Positions 34,990 to 49,746 of a DNA stretch of 64,000 nucleotides are shown here, in pieces. Each line of letters starts with the position of its first letter. The stretch's first letter is position 1. Below the pieces are notes generated by a model. The model was not told where the DNA came from and did not search any database. It saw only the letters and a list, made by a program, of their open reading frames with translations. The stretch is from Tubulanus polymorphus (taxonomy: Eukaryota > Animalia > Nemertea), in contig NC_134028.1 of NCBI RefSeq assembly GCF_964204645.1, positions 17,801,653 through 17,865,652 of the forward strand. The letters are read 5' to 3'. The position numbers and the translations under genes were made by a program.

Positions 34990-37587
34990 CACTTTCGCTG
35001 CTAAGCACGTACACCGTACGTTTTGCTCGGACTGCATTTCTGTGCTAAGCACGTACGGTGTATGTTTTTAAGACACTAGGTCGTGGCCTACTGTGGGTTT
35101 ATAGAGAACTAATTTCAAAACAGCGGTTATTTGCAAGTCTCCAGAGAGTATTTTCCAAGAATTCTAACGTATTTTGAATGAATGTCATACATCACATCGG
35201 ACTAGGGGGTCAGAATTGAGTGACGTCATTCCAAAATGGCAGCGTCCAGGAGAGCTACAAAACGTTTAGAAACCAGCGATGTTTTAGACGAATTATTCGC
35301 CGATTCGGATAGTGGTGGAGAATTATTTGGTAAAAACAGTAGTTCCGAATCGTCGGGAGACGTGAGTGACCAAGCTCACTATGGGGAACTGTCTGAATCG
35401 GATGAAAACGAGGGTGAAATGGGGGAACCAGGTCCAAGTGCAGCCACAGTAGGTGCTGGAGATGGCCATATTCATGATATGGACTCTGAACCTCTACCTG
35501 GCCCAAGAACCCATGAACAATCTGATACTGAATCTCTGGGTGCAACAGGTGATACAGACAATAGTGATTCTAATAGTAGTACTAGTAGGCCTAGTGGGGA
35601 TCAAGAACAAGGTCACGACATGTCTGACTTCGAGTCGGAAATGTCAGGTGTGGATTCTGGTAACGACCGCAGAAATGCTGGAAATAGTCGCAGGCAACGT
35701 AGACAATGTAGAGGTGGGAATGCAGGTGGTGGTAGGCCTAATCGTGGTGGGCGTGGTCATGGTGACGCCCTTGGTCGTCGTGGTGACGGTGGTCATGGCA
35801 GAGTCAAGAGGTCGAGCCAGAGGTCGTGGTGATGGCGGTCGTGGAGGTGGTAGAGGACGTGGTGGTGGAAATCGGCCAGATCCAGAAGCTGGATGGGATG
35901 CAGCAAACATCACACAACCAAATGTCGGAAATTTCACTGGTAATCCGGGGATTGTAAATCACCCTCAGCAAGGTGCAGACGCAGATCCGGTGGACTATTT
36001 ACGGTTGTTCATTACGGACAATTTAGTTGATATTCTAGTTGGGGAAACTAACTTATATGCGACACAATTTATCCGGGACACTCCTCTAAAACAGAAATCG
36101 CACGTTCATCATTGGAAGGAGGTAGACAGGGATGAAATGTGGAAATATCTCGCACTCACCTTCCATACGGGTATTGTCAGGAAACCTGTGATACAAATGT
36201 ATTGGTCCAAGGAACCCGTGTTAGCCACCCCATTCTTTGGGATGATCATGAGCAGAGACAGGTATCTTTGCATTCAACGGTTTTTCCACTTCAATGATAA
36301 TGATGAGCAACCGAATCCATGTCCTGACCGACTGTACAAGGTGAGACGGATCTACGACTACATCATCAACAAGTTTCAGTCAGTTTATGTCCCTGAGGAA
36401 CACTTATCACTCGATGAGGGCTTGCTGAAATGGCGAGGGCGTCTGGTTTTTAGGGTGTATAACCCTAAAAAACCCATCAAGTACGGGATGAAAGCTTACG
36501 TTCTCAGCGAAGCTACATCAGGTTATTTGTGGAACTACAGTTTATATTGCCGCATGCATCGATCTGTTACACAAATATGTGATGATCTTTTGGAAGAACT
36601 TTACGGAAAGAACTATAAAGTATATATGGACAATTTCTACAATAGTGTAAAAGTGACAAAACATCTTCTTGCGAACTCCGTTCATACATGCGGGACTATT
36701 AGAATCAATCGTGGTTTTCCGCCGTCAATGGTCATTGAATCAAACAACTTGGAGCATGGACAAGTTGCCGCCCGTCAGAACGGCAACATTCTACTACTTG
36801 GCTGGAAAGACAAGCGGCTTGTAAAGATGGTATCAACAATGCATGATGCATCTATGGGAGATTCCTGGAAGAAAGACCGCCAGGGAAATCCAATAATGAA
36901 ACCAAAATGTGTACTACAGTATAACAAATATATGTCTGGTGTTGATTTCATCGATCGACTAGGTAGCTACTACCCCTGTACTAGAAAGTCAGCCAAGTGG
37001 AGTAGAAAGCTAGGTTTACATCTGTGTTTGCTAAATGCCTATGTTCTGTATAACAAATATGACCAGGAAAAGTTGACTTTGATGCAGTTCTCAACTCAGT
37101 GTATCAAGTCAATGGTGAAACTCGGTCGAGACGATTCGGCATCATCGGATGCCGAGGCAGATGATGGCCCCCTGCTGCGAAGATACCAGCTTCATTGAAG
37201 GCTGATCCTCCCACTAGGCTGTTAGGTGGTGTGGGTCAGCACACCTTACTTACATATCCAGCAACAGCAAAGAAAACCAGGCCAGCTCGCTGTTGTCTTG
37301 TCTGTCGCAAGAGGGACTTACGAAGTGAGACTCGTATGTACTGTAAACAATGCAACGTCCCTCTTCATCTCGATCAGTGTTACCATAGTTACCACAGCAA
37401 GAGGATTTATTGGATTTAAAACAATGCAGAAACAAATAAAAGGCAAGTCAAGGTAATTACAATAGTTTATTTACCCTTTATATTCATTTCAGGAACAATA
37501 TTTGAAAAATACGTATTTTTGCTATTTTTGCTAAAAATTGCAGCACAGTGGGTCCTAGGCGTACATAAAATTGCAGCAGCCAAAGTG
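34990..37587 (+). mobile_element. piggyBac element 2 (2598 bp)
   Basis: TTAA TSDs at 34986-34989 and 37588-37591; TIR CACTTT(C/G)GCTGCT 12/13 match; subterminal ctaagcacgtac repeats. Confidence 0.95.
35236..37419 (+). pseudogene. Intronless piggyBac (PGBD4-like) transposase with two frameshifts (~35800 and ~37180)
   Basis: SLDEG, YMDNFYNS, SGVDFIDR triad intact; C-terminal CLVC...CKQC...H...C...H; acidic and RGG-rich N-terminus. Confidence 0.9.
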
Positions 37588-39419
37588 TTAAGAGAAAAAT
37601 GCGATAGAATAACTTTTTGGACAATTTAATCAGAAATCTGGCGGCGTTTTGTTGTGGGGAATAATTGAAACATTATTTTGAGTCATTTTCAGCTGTTTCT
37701 AATGTTTTATGTGAATGAAGTGACAATTTGAGGTTACTATGAAAATGAGAAGATCCATTTTACAAGAATCTGCATGACGTCATAGACGGTGATCATTAAT
37801 ACAGTGATCGTGGCTTTGAGAAATTTGTCCATGTAGTTAGAAAACAGAGAGACATCGTTTGGCTGTGGTCGAAGTGCAAACAGAACCTCATCGTATTTAC
37901 ATAGCTGGTTCTGTCTGCTCAGCGCTCTCCCTTTCCACGAATTTCCTGAACTCAGGGATTTAAAAAAAAGTCTTTTTCTCTAGTAAAGACAGACAAAATA
38001 TTGTTCTTCTGCTCACCGATGGTGGCCAGGACGTTTCTCATTACATTTATTCCATCTAGATGATTTATCTCAGTCTCTTGGAATGGGTAGAATTTCCATG
38101 GACAGTGGGCAATTTTCCAATCAACCAGGCCACATGCAATTTGCACTATTGAGAAACATGGCTGAAGTCAGCTTTCAGCGCTGTTCTCAATCCACTGCAA
38201 TGGGTTCCCGAGTCCAAGAATTCAGTGGCAAAAGAATTTCCCACATATATGGAAAAATATATGGAGATGAAAGTAAGTGATTTTCCATTAACACGTTTTT
38301 AAATCAAGTTGGGTCACCATTGCCGTCTACAAAACGGAGTTTGTTCATTCGTAACACTTTATTTTCTGCCATACAATTGTTTCTAAATAGTGGAAAGAAT
38401 GAACTGTTGATGCAATGTCTTAAGTTGGCAATTGCATCCGGTAAGAGATCCCAAGCTCTATTAACCAGAATGATGTAGCGTGGTTTGTATTTACTCTATC
38501 AGTCATACTATTAGAGATTCAACGTTATCACGTCTGTGCTGCACTCCTGATAACGTATCTGCTTATATGCAGGGAGCGGTTTAGGGATTCGATCAAATGA
38601 AGTTACAATATGGCTACTGTAGTCAGCAGGGGTTCCACCAGCTTAACAATCAGCAGCATTAACTTGACAGCGTTCACTAGAAAATGTGGGATGGATGCTG
38701 TCTATGTCAGGGATGAAAACGGCCCATATTGAAAAAGTCAGAAAATATTTCAAAAAAGTTAGTTTTTTGGGGAATAAAAATCAGTAACTATTTAGCCAAA
38801 AAACTTACTTTCTTTTGATCAAAATGTTAATGGTTTGGGCCTGAATTAGAGGGAGCCGCCTTTCGAATGAGACACCATATTGGTTTCTCCGACTCCACAG
38901 TTGTGCTAACTACCGCCGAAAACCATCGTAAGGAGCGCTCCAATGTGACGCACATGATTGAGATGATTAGAGCGCTTGATGCAATTTACACTGATCTCAG
39001 GAATGAAGAAAATGGAATAATAAGTCGGAAATCTGTCCATGGTCGAAAGATTATCATCCCCGCTATGTGAGCTCCCTCTTGTGTTGTAGCATCAAAACCA
39101 TCCTCAGGATGGTTTCAATTGATTTATTATCACTGACAACAGTTATCTGCACATCTGTTCCACAGTTGTTTGATGTGGAATACTGTTTTATACCCAAGTT
39201 CAACACCAAACCTCAACACAGACTGCATCAAAAGAGTTGGGATACTGGCAGTGGGCACCTGATTGACTAGAGTACCATAAACATACAGCGGAGTTGATAC
39301 TTGTATCTTCTTCTACTAAACCGTTCCACTGTCTCTGATTTTGAACCATCCAATTTCATCTTTAAGTTTCACCTCTGATTTTTGAGCTATTTAATAACCT
39401 ACTTAGTAAAGAATCATTC

Positions 39420-40535
39420 CCAGAAAAGTGGAAATTAGGCATCGTGTCTTGTATCTACAAGAAAGGGGGTAAAAGCAACCCTTTTTGAAGCTTCAAACAT
39501 TCTGTTTGTTATACCATCCGGACCACAGGCTTTATTAATAGGTAACTGTTGTATCAATTTGGAGATAAAATCCGGAGACGTTAAGTTAATTGTAACATTA
39601 TTTACACATCGGTCTGGGAAATCAGGAAAATCATTAAGTTTTTGACGTTGTGATATTTTTTTGTCACCGAATTCAGTAATAAATTAGCTTTTTCGAAACT
39701 CGAGGTACATTATGATATTTTATTACGAGGTACAAAATGATATTTTTTTGTCACCGAATTCAGTAATAAATTAGCTTTTTCGAAACTCGAGGTACATTCT
39801 TTATTTGATTCTTGATCAAAGAGTTGGTATACCACAATCAAATTTATCACCCACTAGTTTTCTAATAATTACCCAGTAATTACGTTTTAATGATGATGTA
39901 CTTCCGTGGCCATTTAGTAATTTATTATTATGGTTCTCTCTTTGTTCAGCAATCAGGCGATTTACAATAATGAGGGTTACCAGTTTTCTTATGCTTTCGA
40001 TAATACCTATTTCTACGATTTATTTCACTTCTAATCTTATCATTAAACCATGGTTTTGAAGTATTTCTAATAGTAACAAAACGGTTCGGAATAGAATTTT
40101 TATAAACATCCATTAGTTTGTTTGAGAATTCGGTCACCATATAATCAGGGTCACTTATATTTAATATATCATTCCAGTCCACTAGATTGAAATTTTCTGT
40201 TAGTCTATCAAAATTACATGACTCATAATTCCAGATTCGTTTATTATACGACTCTTTTCTACTAATACGAATTTGAAGGGACACAACTGATACGCTGAAT
40301 TTCAATGGTCTGAATTTCCAATCGGTTCTGAGACAATAGCACAATTTACATTACCTGGTGAATCTGTAAAAACGTGATCAATGCACGATTTACTATTTCC
40401 TGTTACCCTGGTAGGTTCATGTATCAATTGTGTCATATTACAGCCATCATTTACATCCTTAAGCTGCCTGCCAGGCGTACTTGTAATATCATGCTTATAG
40501 CATAAATTATGTTTGCTATTGAAATCCCCCAAAAC
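39420..40535 (-). pseudogene. LINE (CR1/L2 group) ORF2 remnant: APE endonuclease C-terminal half to the start of RT
   Basis: GDFN, PTRV...CIDHVF, SDH, PWFN, KACGPDGITNRM; internal ~60-bp duplication at 39651-39799. Confidence 0.85.
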
Positions 40536-41504
40536 ATATATTGCACATATATGAGCCAGGGATAAACATCATGATTAGTGATCCATGGAGCAATAGTATG
40601 ATAGTACGGACATGATAAGTATGATTAGATACACGTTTTATTATTGCAAGCCAACAATATATGACAACAATTAGAATAAGTACATTACTAGTACAACTCA
40701 CAAGACACAGCGAAAAGGCAGTAACTTAAACAAACACTTCCAGTTCAAAGAGGCATATCAAGATCAACAAGCCAATGCCTATTTGGATGATTTTAAGAAT
40801 TTTAAATGAAATTAGAATAAGGCTCCAAAATTGGCTATTGTCTATATTCTTACACCTAGGTAATAGAAAACAATTTCTGAAATTTCCAGCACACACTCTG
40901 TCATGCAAGTAATTTACAGGCATTTTTACCTATGCCTAGCCTCCAGGCACCAATAAAGGATATTTCTTCTACAACTATTCAAAGATGCATCCATATAAAA
41001 ATATTTTGGCATATTTCAAACTAGAACTAGATTGATTGATAAATTTCGAAACTAAATCAATTAGTAGCTAAGTAACATATGAAAAAAGCAAAGAAAAATG
41101 CTTTTGTCATATACACGCGAACAAGGAAACGTATTTATCTAAACTTCTAAGGGACAGGTAAGTTGGAGCCAACTATTTGCATTTTTTAGTCTCATGGATA
41201 TGGAAACTAAATAACAGGAGCAACGAGGCTCGACAGACCAGATTATACAGGTGAAATGAATACACGCTGGCCGTTCTACTATAAAAGTACTGATCGGCTA
41301 AGTTACAATAGTTCAGAAAGCTTTATCATGGATATTCTTCTCAAACAATACGTGACTCTGGGTAGAATAGTCACACCTGCCAAGCGATACAAACATTTAT
41401 AAGTTCAGCTGCCAAACTCGGAACACCACCGGAAAACATGCTAGAGGTTAATCAGTTCATTATTTTTGAAATTTTTACTGCAGGATTCCAAAGGCAGGAT
41501 ACTG

Positions 41505-42275
41505 TTAGTATTAAATTCATTTATTTTGATACCTCGTCAACACTACAGCTTTTCGCCGCTGCATCTGTTTGGCGTGTTTAGTCTAGATCTATGGCTGGCG
41601 CCGGCACTTAAATGATTCATCGTAGAAAATATCCGCCAAATTTGGTAAATGAAATTAGAATATTGTTGGACTAACTGTTTGAAGCCCGCGACCAAATCAC
41701 TGGAGTTATAAATTTATTTGTATTTTATTTGAATCTCATGGCAGGGAGAACTCGCAGCGGACCCATGGAATGACACACGGTGATTCGTTGATCTTTACAG
41801 CTCGACAGTGCTTATAATATTTAGAGTAGTGAATATCCTGTGGATCGGTAAAGTGTAGCGATGAAGAAAATATGTAATTGTTAAAATTACTTTTTGAAGA
41901 CCGCAGCTGAAAGTGATGAAGTCTTGCAGCAATAAATCTGTTTATTTATACTTGAATCGATAATGGAAGTGACGAGCAGCCTGCGGTGGATATCGGGATG
42001 ACGACTCAGAAAATCATGTCGCCTCATTGAATGGGGCTCAATTTTCGATGTTTATGGCCTGACAGTGCTTTTCAACGTTGATTCATTAAAATTCCCATGC
42101 AGTATCTGTAGATCGAAGTGAGCTTAATGAAATGAAATGGATTGTAACTCGCGGTAACATGCGGTAAACAGCGGTAAGGTAAGAAAGCCTTTGCAGTTTT
42201 GACGAAGTTGTCAAATAGTGATAATTAACACGCGAATATCAATAGGGTTTTCTGTGATGTCACAGAAAACCCTAA
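41505..42275 (-). mobile_element. Diverged family B hairpin-end module
   Basis: Homologous to 6460-7225; ends tagggttttctgtg-atgt-cacagaaaacccta. Confidence 0.75.
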
Positions 42276-42976
42276 TAACGAAATATTTATACAAGCATCA
42301 AACAATGGGATAAAGATTAAAGGATTAAGATTAAAGTAATTTGACTTGAAAAAAACACAGAACAATGAAAGCCAATTACCGGTAAGGATAAATATCATAT
42401 GAGTCAAGGTAATTTAAAGACAAAGCCAGAACTAAGGGCTGATCAACCAAAACAAAAGCCAAGAACATGAAAGGAATAATCAGGAGTGAGCGAGTGGAAG
42501 TAACAAGCCAAGAAAAACAAGCTTACAAGGGTTTATATAATGAGGGTACGAGTGAGGCGAGAAATTTGGATTAAAAATGTTGTGAGGAGAAAAACCATTT
42601 TTCTGTAAATTTGAACAATATCTTGTGTCTGATTGACCAAAATTTGCTAATGATGATGGGCCCTAGGGGATACATATACATATGAAACATGGACATAGAT
42701 CAAAGCATATTCAAAATTCCCCTTAAAGAAATGTACATATAATAAGTGCAGATTTTGGTGAGCAACAATGGTTGCCAGTTGGACATCTTGAATCCGATCG
42801 GGAAGACTTTAAGATCCGATATGGCCAGCAATCTTGCAAATAATTAGCATCAAAATTAATATGATTCTGAAGCTATATACCATTCACCATCATTCAAAAC
42901 AAACACTCTAAAATTGTTTCACGTAACTGACAAAAGTATTTGACATTTTCAGAGATGTTTTATATATTTTTCTTAC

Positions 42977-43090
42977 TTGTTTCTTAGCTGTTGATCGGTT
43001 AGATAAGTGTCCTGTTTTATTTTCTCGTATCGATCATGACTGGTAAGTCTTGTTCCGTCAAACAAGGTTAATTCTCGATCGTGTATCAAC
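42977..43090 (-). CDS. VWA8: VWA8 exon (LIHDRELTLFDGTRLTSHDRY...)
   Basis: gtcag/gtaag sites; phase 2-2. Confidence 0.93.
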
Positions 43091-43171
43091 CTGACAAAAA
43101 ATACATTTATCATTAATTCATTTGATATCTAAACCATTGGTGATTTTTCTCAGCAGCCACACTGGCCTAAC

Positions 43172-43410
43172 CTGTTTAATACTGATAGCGTTCCTGGGTT
43201 GATTCTATGTAGCCCATCTAACACTGCTATACGTCCCTCTATAGCTGCGGTAACCAATGGCGATGGTCTCCACATGGTATCACCGTTCTCTAATGTCATT
43301 CTTTGTTGCAATAAATCACGTGCCGTCATATCTTCATAGAGCATCATAGGTTCAAGGTCATAACTGAGTAGACGAGCGAATTCATTAACTATAGCAGTTT
43401 TACCACAACC
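43172..43410 (-). CDS. VWA8: VWA8 exon (GCGKT...DMTARDLLQQR...AVLDGLHR...)
   Basis: tttcag/gttag sites; phase 0 in, 2 out; completes Walker A GPK|GCGKT. Confidence 0.95.
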
Positions 43411-44644
43411 CTGAAAACCCAAGAAATAAAGTCTAACTCAGTTAAGTTCATCATCGCTACTGAAGTCCTCTATATTTCAGAAACAAGGCCTCAGTACCGG
43501 CCACGGCCCAAGCAGATGTCTGAAACACAGATATAGCTGCGATCACACATACCCGGCACTAGGTTTTTCCGCATTTCACATATGTATACAACATAGAGGA
43601 ATTTGGGAAAACAGACAAAATGAAGGCTTGTACGGTTCGCAGTGCTTTTTAGGCCACTAATGCGAACTGCCGATTGTGTACGCACATCTAGGCCTCTTCT
43701 GCAAGAGAGTTCAAAAATTTTTGTCTAAGAGCCTTCTTTAAACTGTACATATCCAGTGCTTTGCACATTGAGTGGACAAGAAATATCAAGAACAAAATCC
43801 TGTGATTATTTGCGCAAAATACTTTGACGCTTATACTTCACAAGGCCCATGGGCCTCTAAATATTGTTCTTTATTTTCTTATTGAATATCTATAAGATCC
43901 TGCCACAAAGTATACCCAATCACGAATTTCAATGAAAAATGGCAAACCATTAGGAAGCTACACGTCTTGAAATTCAAGCCAAAGTTTTCATTTTTGGGCA
44001 AAAAAATATCACTGGGGAGCAAGCATTATCCAATGGACCTTATTTCTTATGTTGATGGGGCATTGAGGGGATGCAAATATATATGATCAAATTAATTGAT
44101 GCAATTGTTTTCAAATTTTCCCTCGAAAACTTTGATAAAGGACCATGGGACCAGTAGGATCAACTGAGTACATTTTACTTTTGAGCACAAAAATCTGTGA
44201 AATCTTGGCACATACGCCACTGTAATAAAGCAGGTTCAACTATGATGATATTAAACATGTTAATGGGTTTTTCCCCATGACTCAGCTCATAGCAGAACTA
44301 GATGAGTCGGTACGCCTCTGATGCCCCCGCTTGTAAGACCAATTCCGCAGCTAACAATCGGGTAACGCTATCTGGTTTATAGGAATGAACTCATACTATG
44401 TCGAAACCGAGTACCATGTTTTAGATATTTACCAATTTACATTAATTTTCAAGGGCTCCCTGGTGGCCACACTTCATACAAAAGCAACCTGAATCTAAAT
44501 AGGCATGTACCTCAGACCATTTCCTACCTGTGTACCAAGTTAATAAAAAATGTCTTGAGAAATGAAGGCTCCAATGCTGCCCCTGTAGGGAATAATTTAA
44601 ATTACAAGGACCATGAATTTAACTAAGAATGTACCTATTACCAT

Positions 44645-45675
44645 AAGGGCATTGCTTGAAAAATCTTTTTAATTCGTGACTTCAAAGTTCTATAAGTTTA
44701 TATTGTATTTTATCTTTTATCTAAGAATTACTTTGTAGTCAAATAAGACCAAAGATACACATTTGTTTACAGTCCACATACAACATTTCATAGGGTATGG
44801 TGCAGCAGGGAAAGTATTGTATATTTTCAAAAAAATATTTTTCACAATATGAAAATTCATATGATGTCACATATCAGAGGGTGCTGAATATTGAGTCCTG
44901 GAAACCTCTTCCTATGTATGGCCGTGGAAGCTAAAATACCGGTACAGTTTAGAAATCGGCGTATTAGATCGTTTTAAATCCTCGACCTATACCTATAGTT
45001 TGCTGCTTAGTATTTTCAGGTCACAAGAAATTACAATTTCTTACAAATTAAATCAACAGAAAACACAGCGCTCATCTTCTGCTATGATTATTCAGCCTTT
45101 TTTCGTGTCAAACGTGCACACGCCAAGCAGCGCTACAGCATCACCATATAGTAGTGTACTGTACGAGCGTGTGTTTGTGTGTGCAACAGTCTAATGATTA
45201 GCACTCTGCGCACGTGGAGGCCTTGTGTAAGTGAATGTTCACTAACACTTCAATGTCAATCAAAACAATCACCTGGTTTCAAAATCTAACATGACCTATG
45301 GCGGATATGTGAAATAATTACATTCTCACCAGCAATGAGCATTTGAGATTTGCACATATACAGCACCTAGTCCAGTGAAATGTTTGCCATTCTATGGCTT
45401 TCCCATAATTATTCTAGTAGCGCCGGAATTCCCCGTAATTGCAATTTCATGCGCAGGACCTAAGAATTTTCCCGCCACAGAAAGTTTTTCGTAGAATTTT
45501 AACAAAGTTGACCATGTCATCGACGGAGGTTCGCCATGTCTTCAATCGTATCGATTATACGTTGTTTAAGCAGAGAACCAATGAAACAAATGCTCACATT
45601 AAAAAAATGTACCGCGATTTTACATGAATTGGCTTCATGCCAAATTCATATCGCAAACAAAGGTAAAACAAATAA
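44645..45675. mobile_element. Helentron-like family D copy
   Basis: Colinear with 54923-56053; a further part at ~13950-14280. Confidence 0.65.
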
Positions 45676-45932
45676 TTCATCGAGAAATGAAGGCTCTATC
45701 ACGCTAACATCGTTTTCCAATGCGGCCCCCTGATGGCCCCAGTTTAAACTTCAGCAACCTGAATTCAAATAGGAATCTGCAAAGTGTGGATTCCGCCAAC
45801 AAAAATGGCTGCCAGACATCTATCTTCATTTTGACGGGCCAGTTTTCAGCAGACCTACCAACATTCAAAACAAACTAGTTTTGATAGTGATCGTACCTAA
45901 AATCTTAACTTTTGATGATAGTAAAAAATTAC

Positions 45933-46230
45933 AATTTTTAGTATGAAAATTTGTATTCCCGAGTATACTTACCTGCAAAACATACTAGCCAATAACCTTA
46001 GCTTGCTGGTATAACCACCTGAAATTCAACTTGGCCTACTACCACCAGCCGGTGGCGCCACCGGAAGTACGCTCATATAATTTTTAGGTTACTATTACGC
46101 AACGAGCGGGGAGGCGTGAGGGACTAAAAAGTATGTTTTGCTAGTAAGTATACTTGGGAATGCAAATTTTCATACTAAAAATTAATTATTCCCCTCATAT
46201 ACATTCCCTACAAAACATACTAGCCAGAGA
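45933..46230 (-). mobile_element. DIRS-like retrotransposon right end (ITR plus internal complementary region)
   Basis: 45933-45991 is inverted at 46130-46183, followed by a variant ...caaaacatactagcca (46184-46226); minus-strand end ggtaagtatac...aaaaatt. Confidence 0.55.
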
Positions 46231-46775
46231 GTCCCACAGACTAGGAGGATGGATGGCCAAATTGAAAAGGAACACACCCAAAGATGGACACAGATCCCCA
46301 AACAAGAGGCCAGCGGGCCTTATACCTTCATGACACAGTAGAAGAAGAATGATTTAGTATTCTAAGTTTTACAGAAAGATTTACATTGTAATGATGTAAC
46401 AAGTTTTTAAAATAGTTAAGATGGTATAGGCTATGTGGCGATAATGTTCATTTTCTGTTAATATATCCTTACATGAAAAGACAAGCCCATTTTAGCTGCC
46501 CCAAAGATCACACTACATGAAAAAATGCATCAAGAATTGGTGTAGGCATCGTGCTGAAAAGAAATCCAAGATGGATGGCAACCCTGGTGGCCATACTTGA
46601 ACTCAATTTTCAATAAGGGTAGACATTTCACCTACTAAAATTCTTAGACCTAGCATCTTGAAAATGCATCAAGAATTGCAGGCCGTTTCGTGCTAGAAAT
46701 TCAAGATGGCTGACCTGGCAGCCATATTTGAAAGCCGATGACCTCCATATACTAAAGGCATGGACAGCTTACCTA

Positions 46776-47423
46776 CCGTATTTTCCGGTGTACAAGTCGA
46801 CCCGGTGTATAAGTCGAGGTCAAATTTTCAGTTTAAAAAGTTGTGCTAGGGCTATAGTCGGTGTATAAGTCGAGTTGCTTTTTCATATGTCACATTGAAA
46901 ACAGTGCCGATGTCATTCTCATAGTAGTTGAGAGAGTCTTTACCACTAACTGCATTATTAAATCATTGGAATCTGTTGTTTCTAATATTAAATTACCGGA
47001 TTAGTGCTCATTGTTTGTATCCACGTGTTGAATGTATAGTGTATATGTTGAATGCCACGCGCCTGTAGTCTATTATTAGACTGACTGTGTATTGATTATT
47101 GGCACGCTGCCACAGCATCGCGGCTTATATAAACACTGTACAATGAATATACGCGGTTTTCTTTCTCTTTTGATTTTTAACATTAGTTAATTTTTAAATA
47201 TTTCCAACTATAAGAAACTATTTTTATCAACATCCTAAATTCTAATTGGTATATGAGTGTAGCCTAACATAAATTGATATTCCATTTCATCATGGCGACC
47301 TTGAACTCTAAACATCGTCAGTTTAAAACGATATCAAAAGTGCAGCCGGTGTATAAGTCGATCTACGTTTTTTGGACATGATTTTTGGTCTTAAAAACTC
47401 GACTTATACACCGGAAAATACGG
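46776..47423. mobile_element. pogo/Tc-type MITE
   Basis: TA TSD; TIR CCGTATTTTCCGGTGTA(C/T)AAGTCGA; inserted in a ~140-bp tandem array (units near 46521, 46661, 47451). Confidence 0.85.
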
Positions 47424-48744
47424 TACCTTGATCCTCACACCAAATTTTGTGGAAATCCATCAAGAATTGCGGGCTGCATCGGGCAAACAAGAAATTCAAG
47501 ATGGCCACTCCAATGGCAGCCATATTGATCACCAATGACATTTTTTTACAATAGGGGTGGACATCTCGTCAGACCCAATCTTCAAGCTAATTTTCAAAAA
47601 GATTCATCGCAAATTACAGGTGAATTACTGTGTCGAATTCAATTCAATTCCAAAGGGTCTGGCTTAGGCCTATGCAATGGCAGTCAATTAAGATTCGACT
47701 TTTTGAAAAACCAGCACATATGCCTATTCAAATCACATGTAATTAAAAAATTCAGTGCTTCTTAGTTTGATGTCCCTGTTTTCATCGCACACGTGGTTAA
47801 AATTATTGGTTACATCGAATGTCTTCAACAGCTGATACAACTGCACCCGCGTCTGTCAATCATCTTAATTGATTCATATACTAAAATGCTCAATATGAAA
47901 AAACTATGCGGTGAATCAATCCGGAGTTTTTCAGTAGAATGTCAGACACTAGGTACCTTTCTTTAAAGGTTTATTTGTTGTATGTCATTTACAATCAGTT
48001 ATATAATACTTTATTCATAACTTTGAAGCTGCGCACCAGCAGCGAACGCTCAAGCAAGGTCAGTCACGTAGGCCAACGATTACACGAAACAGACCACGAT
48101 TTTGGTTAAGAGCTACTCTCTACATAAATGAGAGGGATTGTAATGGACCATTTGATGACACTAACCTTTGATAAACTTTGTATGGATACAATCAAGATAA
48201 TTCCACCCTATAATTCCATTATTCAACGATCGACGCACAGCTTAAACATGGCGCCGCCATTCAATACGCTAGTCACGATGTATCTCTACACACATCAAAA
48301 TCACACTTGAATTACAAGTGTTGACTTATGAGAAACGATCGAAATCTAGCAATTTGATTGGGAAAATAGCAGCACTATAATTGAAAAAAGTTAATAAATC
48401 ACCTCCGACTGTCTAATCATTTAACATGGAACTACTATTTCCGCCTTATCACATGTGCACTCTGCCGCCGTGATTCGCCCATTCAACGATAAAAACTTTC
48501 CCACGGTCTTACTATCGGCATTTTCTAATAATTTGGGGAAATAATTTTAAAAAGCGAAATTTCACACTCTGCATTAATAAGATTAAAGCATTTATTCGTT
48601 TGACAAATCTTCCTCTGAACTCCCACCAACAAGTTATAAGTGGCAACACGAAAATGACGTCATCGACTCACTGCCATCTTATAATAGTCATAGTCATGAA
48701 GGTAAAAATATAACAAGAGTTAAACCTATCTATGAGAGATTTAC

Positions 48745-48873
48745 CTTTGGTCCAATCACACAGAAATCATGCACAGAATGAGACTGAATCATTTCTGTTA
48801 ACAAATTATCATGATATTCTGTTCTCACGAAGTGTTCTTTCGACGCTGATTTCTCTAAGGTTCCACTTTTTAC
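48745..48873 (-). CDS. VWA8: VWA8 exon (VKSGTLEK...EMIQSHSVHDFCVIGPK)
   Basis: ttcag/gtaaat sites; phase 0-0. Confidence 0.92.
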
Positions 48874-49746
48874 CTGAAGACATAAAACAAGAAATAACAT
48901 AACCAAAATATTTATAAAGGATCATTCAGCCCGTATGTTTTCGTTTTCCAATATCATCATTCATTATATGGTAGGGTCTATGAGCTGATTTCAGTTTGAA
49001 TACATGCATGGCCTTTTGTCCTCTGCTAGACAATGTGCCTCAAAGGCATTGGCATCTTGAATCGAGATTAATACATTGAAACCCCACTATTAGTCGTAAC
49101 TCCTTCCATAAACATGTACCTCTATCGCTGTCAAAAATGTCAGAAGTTTCCCTGCTTTTGACATGCATGAATACAAATTATTTAGGAACATGAAGTATAA
49201 ACCTTTTAAAACGAGGCATGCACATGGTAACCGATGAATAAATAAAAGGAATAGGCCCTATGTAACAAATATGTGAAAAATATAGCAAAACGAAAAGAAC
49301 TTAAGAAACATTATTAGTGCATGAAACTTGTCAGAATATCACAGCCTTAAGAAGTAGAAACGAAGTTATTGCCTTACCAAGTAAGTAATTAATCCCTATG
49401 ATAGCAAGATTGGCTTGCATGCATGCATAAACCCGGTAGGGTAAAGTTAAAAACTACAACATGCTTGATTCACTGTTTCATGTTGAAATAACAAGTTTAG
49501 AGGCGTAAGTCAGTATTCAGTTCTACGGGTTTTGGTCGAGTAAATCCTTTCGTTGTGTGGTACACGGTCACCGGTGACTTTCGTACCACAGCTTCACTAC
49601 GTAGTACACGGTCAACGGTGACTTGCATTTTTGTAGAGAATTTTCATAATACCCATGCACCATCTATCGCCAAACCTTCTGAGTAATTCAGTTACTTTGT
49701 ACAAACAGTAGTTTCGAAATACATTTAGTGGATCAATATCAATTAA

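Noticed and set aside
35453-35800. Hydrophobic N-terminus of the 581-aa ORF
   Set aside because: Alternative frame of the acidic N-terminus starting at 35236; a frameshift artefact
22743-43090. In-frame VWA8-piggyBac fusion like CSB-PGBD3
   Set aside because: The transposase acceptor needs phase 1, but all upstream VWA8 donors in the window are phase 0 or 2; the transposase also has an internal stop
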